DNA of 64,000 bases from assembly GCA_965214545.1 (NCBI GenBank), contig OZ243950.1, forward strand, positions 708,813 to 772,812, in the 5' to 3' direction. A model generated the notes under the pieces. The model did no database searches and was not told the DNA's origin. It saw only the letters and a list, made by a program, of their open reading frames with translations. This stretch comes from an uncultured candidatus Porisulfidus sp. Lineage in GTDB: Bacteria > Pseudomonadota > Gammaproteobacteria > Poriferisulfidales > Poriferisulfidaceae. Both the position numbers and the translations under genes were made by a program. Every line of letters begins with the position of its first letter. The first letter of the stretch is position 1. Below are positions 48,002 to 58,291 of this stretch, one piece after another.

Positions 48002-48559
48002 TCAGATCTCCAGCAAGGCCTTTTCCTTGTCCGACGCCATCTGCTCCGCTTCGCGGATCGACTCGTCGGTCAGCCCCTGCACCGCCTCCTGGTCGCGGCG
48101 TTCCTCGTCCTCGCTGATCTCCTTCTCCTTCAGCAGGTCCTTGAGCATGTGGTTGGCGTCGCGCCGGACGTTGCGGATCGAGACGCGGGCCTCCTCCAGG
48201 GTCTCCCGGACCTGGCGCACCTGGACCCGGCGGCGCTCCTCGGTGAGCGGCGGCATCGGCAGCCGAATCACCTGCCCGGCGCTGTTCGGCGTAATGCCGA
48301 GGTCGGAGTTCAGCAAGGCCTTCTCGACCGCCTCCAGCATGTTCTTCTCCCACACCTGCACCACCAGCGTGCGCCCTTCCTCGACCGTCACGCTGCCGAC
48401 CTGGGCGATCGGCACCTCGGCCCCGTAGTAGTCCACCTTCACCGCGTCGAGCAGGCTCGGATGCGCGCGGCCGGTGCGGATGCGGGTCAGGGCCTCGCCC
48501 AGGACGCCGAGGCTTTTCTGCATGCGCGCGCGGGCATCAGCCAGGATCTCCTCACGCAT
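48002..48559 (-). CDS. frr: ribosome recycling factor
   Basis: 185 aa, full-length Frr similarity. Confidence 0.9.
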   Translation of the reverse strand: MREEILADARARMQKSLGVLGEALTRIRTGRAHPSLLDAVKVDYYGAEVPIAQVGSVTVEEGRTLVVQVWEKNMLEAVEKALLNSDLGITPNSAGQVIRLPMPPLTEERRRVQVRQVRETLEEARVSIRNVRRDANHMLKDLLKEKEISEDEERRDQEAVQGLTDESIREAEQMASDKEKALLEI

Positions 48560-49280
48560 GGGCGCCCTCCGCGTGCACCAGGGTGCCGACCGGCTCGCCG
48601 GCCAGCAGGCGCATCAAGGCGCCGTCCTCGAACATGTCAAACACCCGGATCGGGATCCGGTTGTCCCGGCACAACACCAGCGCGGTCGAATCCATCACGC
48701 CCAGCTTGCGGTGCAGGGCCTCGTCGTAGTCGATGACGTCGAAGCGTTGCGCGTCGGTGTGGGTCAGGGGGTCGCTGGAATAGACCCCGTCCACCTTGGT
48801 CGCCTTGAGCAGGATGTCGGCGCCGATTTCCACCGCGCGCAAGCTGGCCGCGGAATCGGTCGTGAAAAACGGGTTGCCGGTCCCGGTGGCGAACACGACC
48901 AGGCGGTTCTTCTCGAGATGGCGCACGGCGCGGCGCCGGATATAACCCTCGCACACCTGCGGCACCGGGATGGCGGACATCACCCGGCACGGGACCCGGT
49001 TCTGCTCCACCGATTCCTGCAGAGCCAGCGCGTTGATCAGGGTGGCCAGCATGCCCATGTGGTCTCCGGTGACGCGGTCGATGCCGGCCGCCTCCAGGCC
49101 TTCGCCGCGCACGATGTTGCCGCCGCCGACCACCACCGCGATCTGCACATCCTGCGCCTGCGCCTGGGCCAGGACCTGGGCCAGCCGGCGGACGGTTTCC
49201 GGATCGATCCCGTGGCGCTGAGGGCCCATCAACGCCTCGCCGCTCAGCTTCAGCAGGATGCGGCGGTATGCGGCGGGCAT
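48552..49280 (-). CDS. pyrH: UMP kinase
   Basis: [10 protein letters not shown]...VVVGGGN motifs. Confidence 0.9.
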   Translation of the reverse strand: MPAAYRRILLKLSGEALMGPQRHGIDPETVRRLAQVLAQAQAQDVQIAVVVGGGNIVRGEGLEAAGIDRVTGDHMGMLATLINALALQESVEQNRVPCRVMSAIPVPQVCEGYIRRRAVRHLEKNRLVVFATGTGNPFFTTDSAASLRAVEIGADILLKATKVDGVYSSDPLTHTDAQRFDVIDYDEALHRKLGVMDSTALVLCRDNRIPIRVFDMFEDGALMRLLAGEPVGTLVHAEGAHA

Positions 49281-49293
49281 GGCGGCGTCGGGG

Positions 49294-50169
49294 TCAGTGT
49301 TTTTCGGCCTGGGCGCGAACTTCCTCGGCGAAGTTTTCCTGCTTCTTCTCGATCCCCTCGCCGACCTCCAGGCGCACGAACGCCCGCACCGAAGCCTTCT
49401 TCGACTGCAGCAGCTTGCCGACCGTCAGCTCCGGGTCCTTGACGAACGGCTGGCCCAGCAGCGTGATCTCGGACAGGTACTTGCGCAGGCGCCCGGCAAT
49501 CATCTTCTCGATGATCTCCGGCGGTTTGCCGGACTCCTGCGCCTGCGCGGTCAGCACCTCGCGTTCTTTCTGCAAGAGCTCCGCCGGGACTTCGTCCTCG
49601 CTCACGCACACCGGGCGGGACGCCGCGACATGCATCGCCAGGTCGCGGCCCAGTTCGGGCTCGCCGTCGAACGCCACCAGCACGCCGATGCGCCGCCCGT
49701 GCAGGTAGCAGGCGATCGAGGCGCCGTCGGCATCCAGGGCCTGCACGCGGCGGGCCTGGATGTTCTCGCCCAGGCGGGCCACCAGTTCCCGGCGCGCCTC
49801 ATCGAGCGTGCCGCCGTCGGCCGGCTGGTTCATCAGGGCCTCGACGTCGCCGGCGCCCGACGACAGGGCCGTCTCGGCGCAGGTCTGGGCGAACGCCAGG
49901 AAGCCCTCGTCCTTGGCGACGAAATCGGTCTCGCTGTTCAGTTCCAGCAGCAGTGCGCGGGCGCCGTCCGCCGATTTTGCCAGGGCCAGCGAGCCCTCCG
50001 CCGCGGTGCGCGCGGATTTCTTGTCCGCCTTCATTTGCCCGGACGTGCGCAGGTGCTGGACGGCAGCGTCGATCTCGCCCCCGCACTCGCTGAGCGCGCG
50101 CTTGCATTCCATCATGCCCACCCCGGTCCGGGTGCGCAGTTCCTTGACGAGTTGTGCGGTAATCTCCAT
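49294..50169 (-). CDS. tsf: elongation factor Ts
   Basis: N-terminal UBA-like [16 protein letters not shown] and dimerisation core. Confidence 0.9.
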   Translation of the reverse strand: MEITAQLVKELRTRTGVGMMECKRALSECGGEIDAAVQHLRTSGQMKADKKSARTAAEGSLALAKSADGARALLLELNSETDFVAKDEGFLAFAQTCAETALSSGAGDVEALMNQPADGGTLDEARRELVARLGENIQARRVQALDADGASIACYLHGRRIGVLVAFDGEPELGRDLAMHVAASRPVCVSEDEVPAELLQKEREVLTAQAQESGKPPEIIEKMIAGRLRKYLSEITLLGQPFVKDPELTVGKLLQSKKASVRAFVRLEVGEGIEKKQENFAEEVRAQAEKH

Positions 50170-50193
50170 GAATGACTCCTCGGTTCCGTCCGC

Positions 50194-51258
50194 TTACTTG
50201 GCCGCCGGTTCAGGTTCAGGCTCAGGTTCAGGTTCGGGCTCGGGTTCGGGCGCGGGCTCAGGCTCGGCGGCCTGTTCGGGCTCGGACGCCTCGTCCGCGT
50301 GATCCGCGCCATCCGCGGCCGCCGGAGGTTCGGCCGGGGCCTCGGCACCGGGGTCTGTCGCATCGCCAAGGGCTTCGGCCGGGGCATCGCCGTCAGCCGG
50401 TCCGTCGGAATTGTCTGAATCCTGCGCTGCTGCAGGTTCCGCCGGCGCCTCGCCTACGGCCTCCCCGGGCGGCTCGTCCGCCTTCGACTCGACGCGCAAC
50501 TTGGCGCGGCGCCCCTTGCGCTTCACGGACGGCTCCCGGGAGGCGGACGCGTCGACCACGACCCCTTGTTCCTCCGCCTGCTTTTTCCCTTCCTGGATCG
50601 CCTGGCTGATCACGTCCATGTACAGCCGGATCGAGCGGATCGCGTCGTCGTTGCCCGGGATGATCCGGCCGATGCCTTCGATCGAGCTGTTGCTGTCGAC
50701 CACCGCCACCACCGGGATGTCCAGGCGGCGGGCCTCCCGCACCGCGATGTTCTCGTAGCGGACATCGATCACGAACAGGGCATCCGGCAGGCGCTCCATG
50801 GCCTCGATGCCGCCCAGGCTGCGTTCCAGCTTGATCTTCTCCCGGGTCAGGCGCAACGCCTCCTTCTTGCTGATCCGCGCCATCAGGTTCTCGCCCTCCA
50901 TGCGCTTGAGGTCCTGCAGGCGCTTGATCGAGTTGCGCACGGTGTGGAAGTTGGTCAGCGTGCCGCCCAGCCAGCGCTGCGAGACGTACGGCATCCCGCA
51001 CTCCTCGGCCTTGGCCCGGACGATGTCCTGTGCCGCCCGCTTGGTGCCGACGATCAGGATCGTCTTGCCCTCGGCGGCCCATTGGCGCACTTGGTCGGCA
51101 GCCTCGTCCAGCATGCGCTGGGTGATTTCGAGGTTGATGATGTGGATTTTGTTGCGCTCGCCGAAGATGTACGGCGCCATGCTGGGATTCCAGTACCGGG
51201 TCTGATGTCCGAAGTGGACACCGGCTTCCAGCATTTCACGCAAGGTGGCACACGGCAT
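50194..51258 (-). CDS. rpsB: 30S ribosomal protein S2 with a ~110-aa acidic low-complexity C-terminal extension ending in (PE)n
   Basis: S2 core over aa 1-245. C-terminus ...[29 protein letters not shown] is encoded by a GGTTCA/GGCTCG-like hexanucleotide tandem array around 50205..50270. Confidence 0.9.
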   Translation of the reverse strand: MPCATLREMLEAGVHFGHQTRYWNPSMAPYIFGERNKIHIINLEITQRMLDEAADQVRQWAAEGKTILIVGTKRAAQDIVRAKAEECGMPYVSQRWLGGTLTNFHTVRNSIKRLQDLKRMEGENLMARISKKEALRLTREKIKLERSLGGIEAMERLPDALFVIDVRYENIAVREARRLDIPVVAVVDSNSSIEGIGRIIPGNDDAIRSIRLYMDVISQAIQEGKKQAEEQGVVVDASASREPSVKRKGRRAKLRVESKADEPPGEAVGEAPAEPAAAQDSDNSDGPADGDAPAEALGDATDPGAEAPAEPPAAADGADHADEASEPEQAAEPEPAPEPEPEPEPEPEPEPAAK

Positions 51259-51622
51259 TGCGGCCCTCCTGATGGCGGCTCCGGGCTGTCAGGCCCCGAA
51301 GCCTTGCGGGTTGTCAACTTGCCCGGACCTCTCGCGGCAACCCCGGGGGGCACCCACCGCGCGGTTCAGTCCGGACGCGAATTTTGCAGGCAAGCCTGCG
51401 AGCGCGCATTATACATGGACGGCCCGGTGGGTTGGCGTCAGTTGAGCGTGCGAAGGGGTCGGAAAGCGCGCCCAGAATCAACCGAGACGATGGCCATCAC
51501 CGCAATAAGACCGGTACGCAGGCCCACCCGCCGCCAGCGGGGAGGCTGCGCCCGACGCGCCCTCCCCCTGGCGATGGCGGTTCGTCGCGGCGGCCAAGCC
51601 GCCGCGACGCATCCCTTACTCC

Positions 51623-53695
51623 TTAATCTGCGTAGTAAAGGCCTACGGCTGCGCCGTGGGTGTCATCGGGATCGTCAAACCTTACGCCAAAGCTTACGCT
51701 AAAGCTGCCATAAAAGCCGTCAGGTGCTTCACCACTTGTGTCCCCATACGCCGTCGCATCCCAACTGCCGGCGGGCTGAGAACCAACATAAATAACACCG
51801 GGCGAGACCACTCCTTGATTTATGCGCGCTTCGAGCAGCCTGAGACTCCAGCCGGCGTCCACGTGACCACTGCCCTGGCCGGCCACGGCCCTGAAATTGT
51901 CAATTTTGCCCTCCAGGCCCGGCAACACAAAGTCCGAAAAGTCCTGCGGGTTAAACCAACCGAATGTCGCCACCAGCTTCACGTCCGCCTCGAAATGGCC
52001 GGACGCGTATACCGGATCGTCTCCTGTACCTGTGTTGCGTGCAGACAGGCCGCGCGCCTTGCCGGTGTAGGTGGCGTTGGTGGGAGCGGGAAAGTAGAAG
52101 CCTAGGGAGTTCACTGGTACTTGTGGTGGCCCGACCACGCCGACGCGGCGTTGGAGTGTAAGGTCATCATCGACACCCGTCAGCCACATGCCGTAATCGA
52201 CATAGCTGGCCACCTCGTAGGTCCCGTCGCCGTCGGAATCCTCATAGCGGGCCTCTGTGGAGTCGTATCCAATACTGGCCTGCCTGCTGCTCTTCACGGC
52301 AGGAGTGAAATACCAGCCCACGTCAAAAAGATCGTCTCCTGTTAGTCCACAGAAACCTGGGGTATCGCAGTAGAGCGTCCCTTCAATGCCATTCAACTGG
52401 CCATTGACGGTGTCTCGGACGGATAAACTGCCTAGTTGCGACCCATCCGCTGGGACGAAGTCAGACGTTTTCAATCCAGTCAAAACGATCGCAGGATGAT
52501 CTGCTGGAAGGTGGATAGGCGTCGAGCCATCTGCCTTGAAAAGGGAACGACGCTGGAGATTCCAGGCATCGTTGCCGTTGGCGATGTCCTCGAACGTCAT
52601 CGTTTCTGCCGGTCTGGGGGCACGGGCGAAGACATAGTCCATGGTGTCGAGGTCGGTAAGGGCGTCGGTAACAGCCCATTTTTCTCGGACTGGGGGCTTG
52701 GCGCTGTGGAGGTAGAGCGGGACGCTAGCAAGCAAAGCGAACACCTGCTTCGCCTTTTCGCTTTCGGTGTCCTCATCCACTGCGGTCTGCCAGTCATCGA
52801 GGCTGTCTTTGAGAAGCGTCCAGATTTCATCAATATCGTCTCGATACCCCTCGGCCTCATCAGCCTCATTTCTCTTTGTGACAAGTTCTGATTCCGCTTC
52901 AAAGGCCTGATTTTGAAGATCAATGACTTCCTCACGTTTCACAGAAAGCTCCTTATCTTTCTCAGTGGCCTCCATCCGCTTGGACTCGACCAGCGCCTTC
53001 ATCTCCGCATAGGTGTAGTCCCTACCCATATAAGTGCGGGTCCCCGTCCTTTCTTCATTTTCCCAGACTACGATCACGTCCTCAATATCTATCACTTCCA
53101 GTTCGAGATCCTCAATTTTGCCCTCAATCTCTATCGCTTCCTGTTCGGCCTCCGAAACCTGCCCCTTGAGCTTCTCTACCTCTCCATCCTTCCCACCGAG
53201 GCGATCGACCTCTTTCTCTAAATTTTCGTACGCATATTGAGCAACCTGGAGATAGCCCTCGATTTCATCGATATCTTCTTTAATCCCCTCGAGATTGTCG
53301 AGGGCGTTTTTTGCGATGCCCCCGGACACGCCCATGGCGCTGCTGATGATTGTTGTTGGCGAAGCCGTAATAAACTCGCCAATGGAGGCACCTTTGCTGG
53401 AGTCGCCGACCTTGTCATTTACCATGCCCTCGGTCGTTCCCGCATCATCCTTGGCCTGTGCCGCGTCGGTCAACCCATAGGTGCTGGGATCAACGCCGTT
53501 GACCGGGTCGGGACCGGGAGTGGTAGTACCACCGCCACCAGTGCCCGTGCCGCCGCCACCGGTGCCAGTGCCACCGCCAGTGCCGCTGCTAGTGCCGGTG
53601 TTGCTGGCGACCGTCCCGCCGCCGCCGCCGCCGCCACCACAGGCGGAGAGCGCCAAAGTCAACAAGATCAACGCAGAATATTTTGAGAGTCTCAT
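51623..53695 (-). CDS. large surface/periplasmic lipoprotein: lipobox LSAC + poly-Gly/Thr linker, acidic coiled-coil region, C-terminal beta-barrel-like domain reminiscent of TbpB/fHbp-type surface lipoprotein handle domains
   Basis: MRLSKYSALILLTLALSAC-GGGGGGGG...; strong GGAGG SD 9 nt upstream of this ATG. C-terminal FYGSFSVSFGVRFDD...GAAVGLYYAD resembles the FYG...AAVVFGA signature of TbpB-like barrels. Confidence 0.7.
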   Translation of the reverse strand: MRLSKYSALILLTLALSACGGGGGGGGTVASNTGTSSGTGGGTGTGGGGTGTGGGGTTTPGPDPVNGVDPSTYGLTDAAQAKDDAGTTEGMVNDKVGDSSKGASIGEFITASPTTIISSAMGVSGGIAKNALDNLEGIKEDIDEIEGYLQVAQYAYENLEKEVDRLGGKDGEVEKLKGQVSEAEQEAIEIEGKIEDLELEVIDIEDVIVVWENEERTGTRTYMGRDYTYAEMKALVESKRMEATEKDKELSVKREEVIDLQNQAFEAESELVTKRNEADEAEGYRDDIDEIWTLLKDSLDDWQTAVDEDTESEKAKQVFALLASVPLYLHSAKPPVREKWAVTDALTDLDTMDYVFARAPRPAETMTFEDIANGNDAWNLQRRSLFKADGSTPIHLPADHPAIVLTGLKTSDFVPADGSQLGSLSVRDTVNGQLNGIEGTLYCDTPGFCGLTGDDLFDVGWYFTPAVKSSRQASIGYDSTEARYEDSDGDGTYEVASYVDYGMWLTGVDDDLTLQRRVGVVGPPQVPVNSLGFYFPAPTNATYTGKARGLSARNTGTGDDPVYASGHFEADVKLVATFGWFNPQDFSDFVLPGLEGKIDNFRAVAGQGSGHVDAGWSLRLLEARINQGVVSPGVIYVGSQPAGSWDATAYGDTSGEAPDGFYGSFSVSFGVRFDDPDDTHGAAVGLYYAD

Positions 53696-53952
53696 GGAAT
53701 TTACCTCCTCAGGATTCGAGATGTCAGGAACAGGCCGGAGCCGCGCAGTGCCGCCTAGACAGCCGAAGAGGTCCCTCGGCAGCCCGCCGGGCACAAGACC
53801 GCAAGGCCGACCCGATACCGGATCGCCCGCGCACGGTCGCCCATGGCTGGAAAACAGAAAAAGCCGGAATGCTTCCGGCTCGGCTAAAGAGTAAGAAAAA
53901 ATCAGGCTGCGTAACGCAACCTGCGGCCTGTAGCGGCCCTAGTTCAGTTTCA

Positions 53953-53966
53953 GGGGGGGGGGGGGG
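53953..53966. repeat. homopolymeric G14 tract in the 530-bp region between the NarL-type regulator gene and the lipoprotein gene (about 258 bp upstream of the lipoprotein ATG)
   Basis: Counted directly in the sequence. Confidence 0.9.
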
Positions 53967-54225
53967 CTATGGTTCGGCCAGCGCTCAAAAGCGCGGTCCA
54001 CAGGCGCACCATACGCGGCGACGAACGGAAGTTCGTCCCGGAATTCGTTGATTTTGAAATCACGTTCATGGTGCCCGCTTTCGGTCGGCTTATTCTAACC
54101 CAATATCTGGGCCTACGCGCAAGCCCAAAACACAAGCCCAAAATATTTGCTCGTGACCGTCACGCATGTCTCTGGCGGTCATTCCGCGCGCAACACGAAA
54201 AACTCTTGATCAACCATTTCGATCC

Positions 54226-54915
54226 CTACTCTGGCTCGTTGTTCTCCCGACCCGACGCCGCGGTCCGACTCCCCCAGCCATGCTCGACCGCGAGCACCGC
54301 CGCCGCAACCCGGGACGTCACCGCCAGTTTTCGCAGGATCGCCTTGACGTGAACCTTGACCGTGCCCTCGGAAATGCCCAGATTGTTTCCGATTCCGCGA
54401 TTGCTCAAGCCTTCTGCCAGCAGGGCCAGGATCTCTCGCTCGCGAGGGGTGAGGACATCGAACGGGCTGTCGTCGCTCTCGGGAGGTTCCGGCTCCCGGC
54501 CCTGTACCACCCGGGCCAGGGCCGGCGCCAGGCTCGGCGCCACCACGGCCTCGCCCGCCTCGATCGAACGCAACGCCATCACCAAGGCATCCGGCTCCAT
54601 GTCCTTCAGCAAATACCCGCTGGCCCCGGAGCGCAGCGCTTCAATCAAATCCTGCTCTTCGTCGCTCGTGGTCAGCATCACCACCGGCGGGCCATTCTCA
54701 TCTTCCCGCAATTTTCGCAGGATCGCGAGCCCATCGGTCTGCGGCAGGCGCAAATCCAGTAACACGATGTCCGGGCGGCGCCGGGCGATCGCCGCATAAC
54801 CGGATTCGGCATCGCCCACCGAATCCAGCACTTCCAGCCCATGCCGCTCCAGCAAGCCCTGCAGGCCCTCCCGGAACAAGGTGTGGTCATCAATGACCGT
54901 GACCGTCAGCGTCAT
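54226..54915 (-). CDS. two-component response regulator, NarL/FixJ family (REC + LuxR-type HTH)
   Basis: Phospho-acceptor region DIVLLDLRLPQTDG and C-terminal LTPREREILALLAEGLSNRGIGNNLGISEGTVKVH. Confidence 0.85.
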   Translation of the reverse strand: MTLTVTVIDDHTLFREGLQGLLERHGLEVLDSVGDAESGYAAIARRRPDIVLLDLRLPQTDGLAILRKLREDENGPPVVMLTTSDEEQDLIEALRSGASGYLLKDMEPDALVMALRSIEAGEAVVAPSLAPALARVVQGREPEPPESDDSPFDVLTPREREILALLAEGLSNRGIGNNLGISEGTVKVHVKAILRKLAVTSRVAAAVLAVEHGWGSRTAASGRENNEPE

Positions 54916-55835
54916 GCCGCCTGGGCCCTCTCCGGCCTGGCCTTGAATTCCAGCGAGACCCGCACGCCCTCGTCCGGCTCGCTCTCCACCCGCACGCGCC
55001 CGCCCAGGCGCAGGGCCCGGTCCTGCAACAGGCTCAATCCGATGTGGCTGCCGGCCCCTTCCCGCGGAGGGCTCGAAAAACCCACCCCGTCATCTTCCAC
55101 CAAGATCCGGCAATTCCCGCTCTCGGCCTCGCCTGAAACGAGGACGCGCACCGTGCTGGCCTGCGCATGCTTGCGCGCATTGGCCAAGGCTTCCTGCACG
55201 ATGCGCACGACCTGCAACTCGTGCTCGGCCAGCAGCTTCAGGCCTTCCCACTGGATCTGCAGCAACACTCGGACATCCGGGCAGTCCCGCCGAAAGCGTT
55301 CCACGGTCCGCTCGATGGCCGGCAGCAAGCCCGCTTCGCTGATCGGCACGCGGAAATGCGCGATCAGTTCCCGCAGCTCGATATTGGCTTCTTCCAGGCT
55401 CGCCTCGATCCGTTCGAGTTCCTCCCAGGTCTGCTCCTCGTCCCCCCGGTGCAGGGTCTCGTCCAGCACCCGCACCTGCATCTTGATCCCGGCCAAGGTC
55501 TGCGCCAGGGAATCATGCAGTTCCCCAGACAAGCGGGTGCGCTCCTTCATGGCCGTGTTGTCGCTGAATTCCTGCAACTGCTCTTCCGTGTCGCGCGACA
55601 GGGTCTGAACCATCTCGGCGAATACGTTCAGGTCGGTCGCGAGTTCCGCAAAATCACCCTTCGGCGGCACCGGCACCCGCGCCGACAGATCACCCCCGCG
55701 CATGCGGTACACCCATTGCCGGATGGCTTCGTAGGGAACCAGCCGGTTCCGGTACAGCCACATCCCGAACACGGCGGCCCCTCCCAGAAGCAGCCCGGAC
55801 ACAATATATCCCAGTGCGTCCCATCCCGGCATCAC
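54912..55835 (-). CDS. sensor histidine kinase, HisKA_3 (NarX/UhpB-type), single N-terminal TM and no periplasmic sensor domain
   Basis: H-box ELHDSLAQTL and an HATPase_c domain (ILVEDDGVGF...GSHIGLSLL). Confidence 0.85.
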   Translation of the reverse strand: MMPGWDALGYIVSGLLLGGAAVFGMWLYRNRLVPYEAIRQWVYRMRGGDLSARVPVPPKGDFAELATDLNVFAEMVQTLSRDTEEQLQEFSDNTAMKERTRLSGELHDSLAQTLAGIKMQVRVLDETLHRGDEEQTWEELERIEASLEEANIELRELIAHFRVPISEAGLLPAIERTVERFRRDCPDVRVLLQIQWEGLKLLAEHELQVVRIVQEALANARKHAQASTVRVLVSGEAESGNCRILVEDDGVGFSSPPREGAGSHIGLSLLQDRALRLGGRVRVESEPDEGVRVSLEFKARPERAQAA

Positions 55836-56200
55836 GCTTTCGGCGGCACATACGCAGGATCGTTCGGGTTGAGAAAAATAAACTGCTTGTTGCCCGGCTC
55901 CAGTTCCACGAAATCCACGGTCATCCCCCGCGCCAGGGCCAGGCTGTCGGCCCCGACCACCACGGGAAGCTTTCGCAGGCTGAATCTCTGGTCTCCCTCG
56001 TGACTCTCCGCGTCGAACCCCATCGCATACTGGAGACTGCCGTCTTCGAGCTTGCGCACCGCGAAACGCAAGGCCACGCCTTCCTCGCCTTCCGGCAGCT
56101 GTGCGCGGACCTGGTCCGCCGCCGGTTGGGTCAAAGTCAAGAAATCGGCCACGGTATCACCGCCCTTCTTCAGAGAGACCCGGAACGCCGTCCGGGCCAT
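55832..56200 (-). CDS. HesB/IscA-fold protein lacking all three cluster-ligating cysteines, co-operonic with the two-component system
   Basis: Aligns with IscA (LRFAVRKLEDGSLQYAMGFD ~ [21 protein letters not shown]; ends ...FIFLNPNDP versus ...FKFTNPNVKDECGCG). Contains no Cys. Its stop overlaps the HK start. Confidence 0.55.
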   Translation of the reverse strand: MARTAFRVSLKKGGDTVADFLTLTQPAADQVRAQLPEGEEGVALRFAVRKLEDGSLQYAMGFDAESHEGDQRFSLRKLPVVVGADSLALARGMTVDFVELEPGNKQFIFLNPNDPAYVPPKA

Positions 56201-56517
56201 CGATACCGGGTGTAGATTTTTCTTTCGCGCTCATTGGCTTTCCTAATGCTGACGATCGATAGGATCCATCCCTTGGAGTCCAGGCTGGAATCACCTTTCT
56301 CCCATCAAGAAACCCGGAAGCGCCAGCGATTTCATGTTACCACTAAACCTCGCTGATCTTCGTCCTGTTGGGTTCGGCGTACCGTCTGGATTTTCGGCCC
56401 TGCTCCCCGCCTGAACTCTGAATTCTTTGAAGGACTCCAAACCCATGCGTGGATCACATTTTTCGCCTCCCACATTGTTCGGAATAGTGCAGGAATGCGA
56501 ACAAATCTATATTTATT

Positions 56518-56541
56518 TACATTTTTTGCTACAAAAATGTA
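56518..56541. promoter_or_regulatory. AT-rich imperfect palindrome TACATTTTTTGCTACAAAAATGTA about 300 bp upstream of mtoX
   Basis: Read directly. Lies inside an otherwise GC-rich genome, in the 640-bp intergenic region. Confidence 0.3.
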
Positions 56542-56841
56542 CAACGTGTTTTGCATTTTTCCCGTTTAACCCTGGTGCGAGACGAAACACACCGTCCATT
56601 CAACGAGAGAGGAAGCACAAGCCTTAAGGGGGTAGCCCCATCTGCCCAGACCCGGCAACGCCTCGCCAATGCCATCGGCCACCGGGCCGGCACCCGGAGG
56701 AACAGACCGGCTTGGCCCCAAACTTGACGCACGACAGGATTCGTCCATAATTGGAGTCGGCGATTGAGGCGCCCGCCGGTTTATGCGGCGGCGTGGTCCT
56801 GGTGGCCTGCGAATCTAACTATAAACTCCATGAGGAAACTT

Positions 56842-58185
56842 ATGAGAAAAACAACTTTTTGCACGGGGCTGGCAATGGCAGCTGCGATGGCGTGGACCGT
56901 TCCAGCGCTTGCAGATGAAACCTGCATGTCGCCGTACATTGCCAAGATCCAAGGCCAGGAAGACTATGTCTATGTCTGGACCCTGGGCGTTGAAGGCATG
57001 GGAGACGAGCAGGACAAGCTGGTTACCATCGACACCAACCCCGAATCCAAAACCTTCGGCCAAGTGGTCAGCGTCCTGTCCGTCGGCGGGCGCAACGAGG
57101 CCCACCATTCCGGACTGAGCGACGACCGCCACTACCTGTGGGCCGGCGGGCTGGACTCGAACAAGATCTTCGTGTTCGACATCCACTCCAACCCGCGGCA
57201 GCCAAAACTGCACAAGGTCATCACCGACTTCGTCGAGAAAAGCGGCGGAATGGTCGGCCCGCACACGTTCTACGCCCTGCCCGGGCGGGTCATGATTTCG
57301 GCGCTGTCCAACAACGCCGATCACGGCGGACGCACCGGACTGGCTGAATACAACAACGACGGCGAGTTCGTGGCCAGCTACTGGATGCCGACCGACGAAG
57401 ACCTGCGTGGCGCGGTCAAGACCGGCCAGCACGCCGACGGCTACGGCTACGACCTTCGGGTCAAGGCCGAAAGCAACGTAATGCTGACCTCCTCCTTCAC
57501 CGGTTGGTCCAACTACATGATGGACTTCGGCCAGATGCTGCAGGACAGCACCGCCATGCAACGCTTCGGCAACACCATGGTGGTGTGGGACATGCATGCC
57601 CGCACGCCGTTGAAGGTGCTGGACGTGCCGGGTGCGCCGCTGGAGATCCGCTGCGCCTGGGACCCGGACCACCGCTACTGCTTCACCACGACGGCCCTGA
57701 CCTCCCAGCTCTGGCTGCTGTACGAGGATGAAGCCGGCGAATGGCACGGCAAGGCCGTCGCCGACGTCGGGGTGCCTTCCGAGATCCCGCTGCCGGTGGA
57801 TATTTCCATCACGGCCGACGACAACGGGCTGTGGATCAACACCTTCATGGACGGCAAGACCCGTTTCTTCGACATCTCCGACCCGCATGCACCCAAGCAG
57901 GTCTTCGAGGAAGTGATCGGAAGCCAGGTCAACATGGTCTCCCAGAGTTGGGACGGCGATCGCGTGTACTTCTCCAGCTCCCTGCTGAACAACTGGGACA
58001 AGACCGGTGAAGCCGACGAACAGTACGTCAAGCTCTACCACTGGGATGGCGAAGAACTCGCGCATCAGTGGACGGTTGATTTCTATGCCGAGCAGTTGGG
58101 CCGGTCGCACCAGATGCGTTTCGGTGCCTATGCCCTGTACGGGAAGCGCCCGGATGCTGACGCCAAGGTCGCGATGGCCGAATAA
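56842..58185 (+). CDS. mtoX: SBP56-family selenium-binding protein / methanethiol oxidase
   Basis: Shares RQPKLHKVI and the overall SBP56 beta-propeller sequence. Signal peptide MRKTTFCTGLAMAAAMAWTVPALA. GAGGAAA SD before this ATG. Confidence 0.85.
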   Translation: MRKTTFCTGLAMAAAMAWTVPALADETCMSPYIAKIQGQEDYVYVWTLGVEGMGDEQDKLVTIDTNPESKTFGQVVSVLSVGGRNEAHHSGLSDDRHYLWAGGLDSNKIFVFDIHSNPRQPKLHKVITDFVEKSGGMVGPHTFYALPGRVMISALSNNADHGGRTGLAEYNNDGEFVASYWMPTDEDLRGAVKTGQHADGYGYDLRVKAESNVMLTSSFTGWSNYMMDFGQMLQDSTAMQRFGNTMVVWDMHARTPLKVLDVPGAPLEIRCAWDPDHRYCFTTTALTSQLWLLYEDEAGEWHGKAVADVGVPSEIPLPVDISITADDNGLWINTFMDGKTRFFDISDPHAPKQVFEEVIGSQVNMVSQSWDGDRVYFSSSLLNNWDKTGEADEQYVKLYHWDGEELAHQWTVDFYAEQLGRSHQMRFGAYALYGKRPDADAKVAMAE

Positions 58186-58220
58186 TCGGTCGCGGCCTTC
58201 GGGCCAAACGAAAATGGAAA

Positions 58221-58250
58221 GCCGCCCTGCCCGTCAGGGCGGTTTTCTCT
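58221..58250 (+). terminator. rho-independent terminator/attenuator between mtoX and sco1
   Basis: GCCGCCCTG-CCCGT-CAGGGCGG stem-loop followed by TTTTCTCTT. Confidence 0.5.
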
Positions 58251-58291
58251 TAAAACCCGCCTGCATCGACCATACCAGTAAAATACCTTCC

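Noticed and set aside
53969-54352. 127-aa plus-strand ORF and 63-aa minus-strand ORF around the G14 tract
   Set aside because: They overlap the response-regulator gene end and the regulatory region. The minus-strand ORF owes its PPPP C-terminus to the poly-G tract and is probably not coding.
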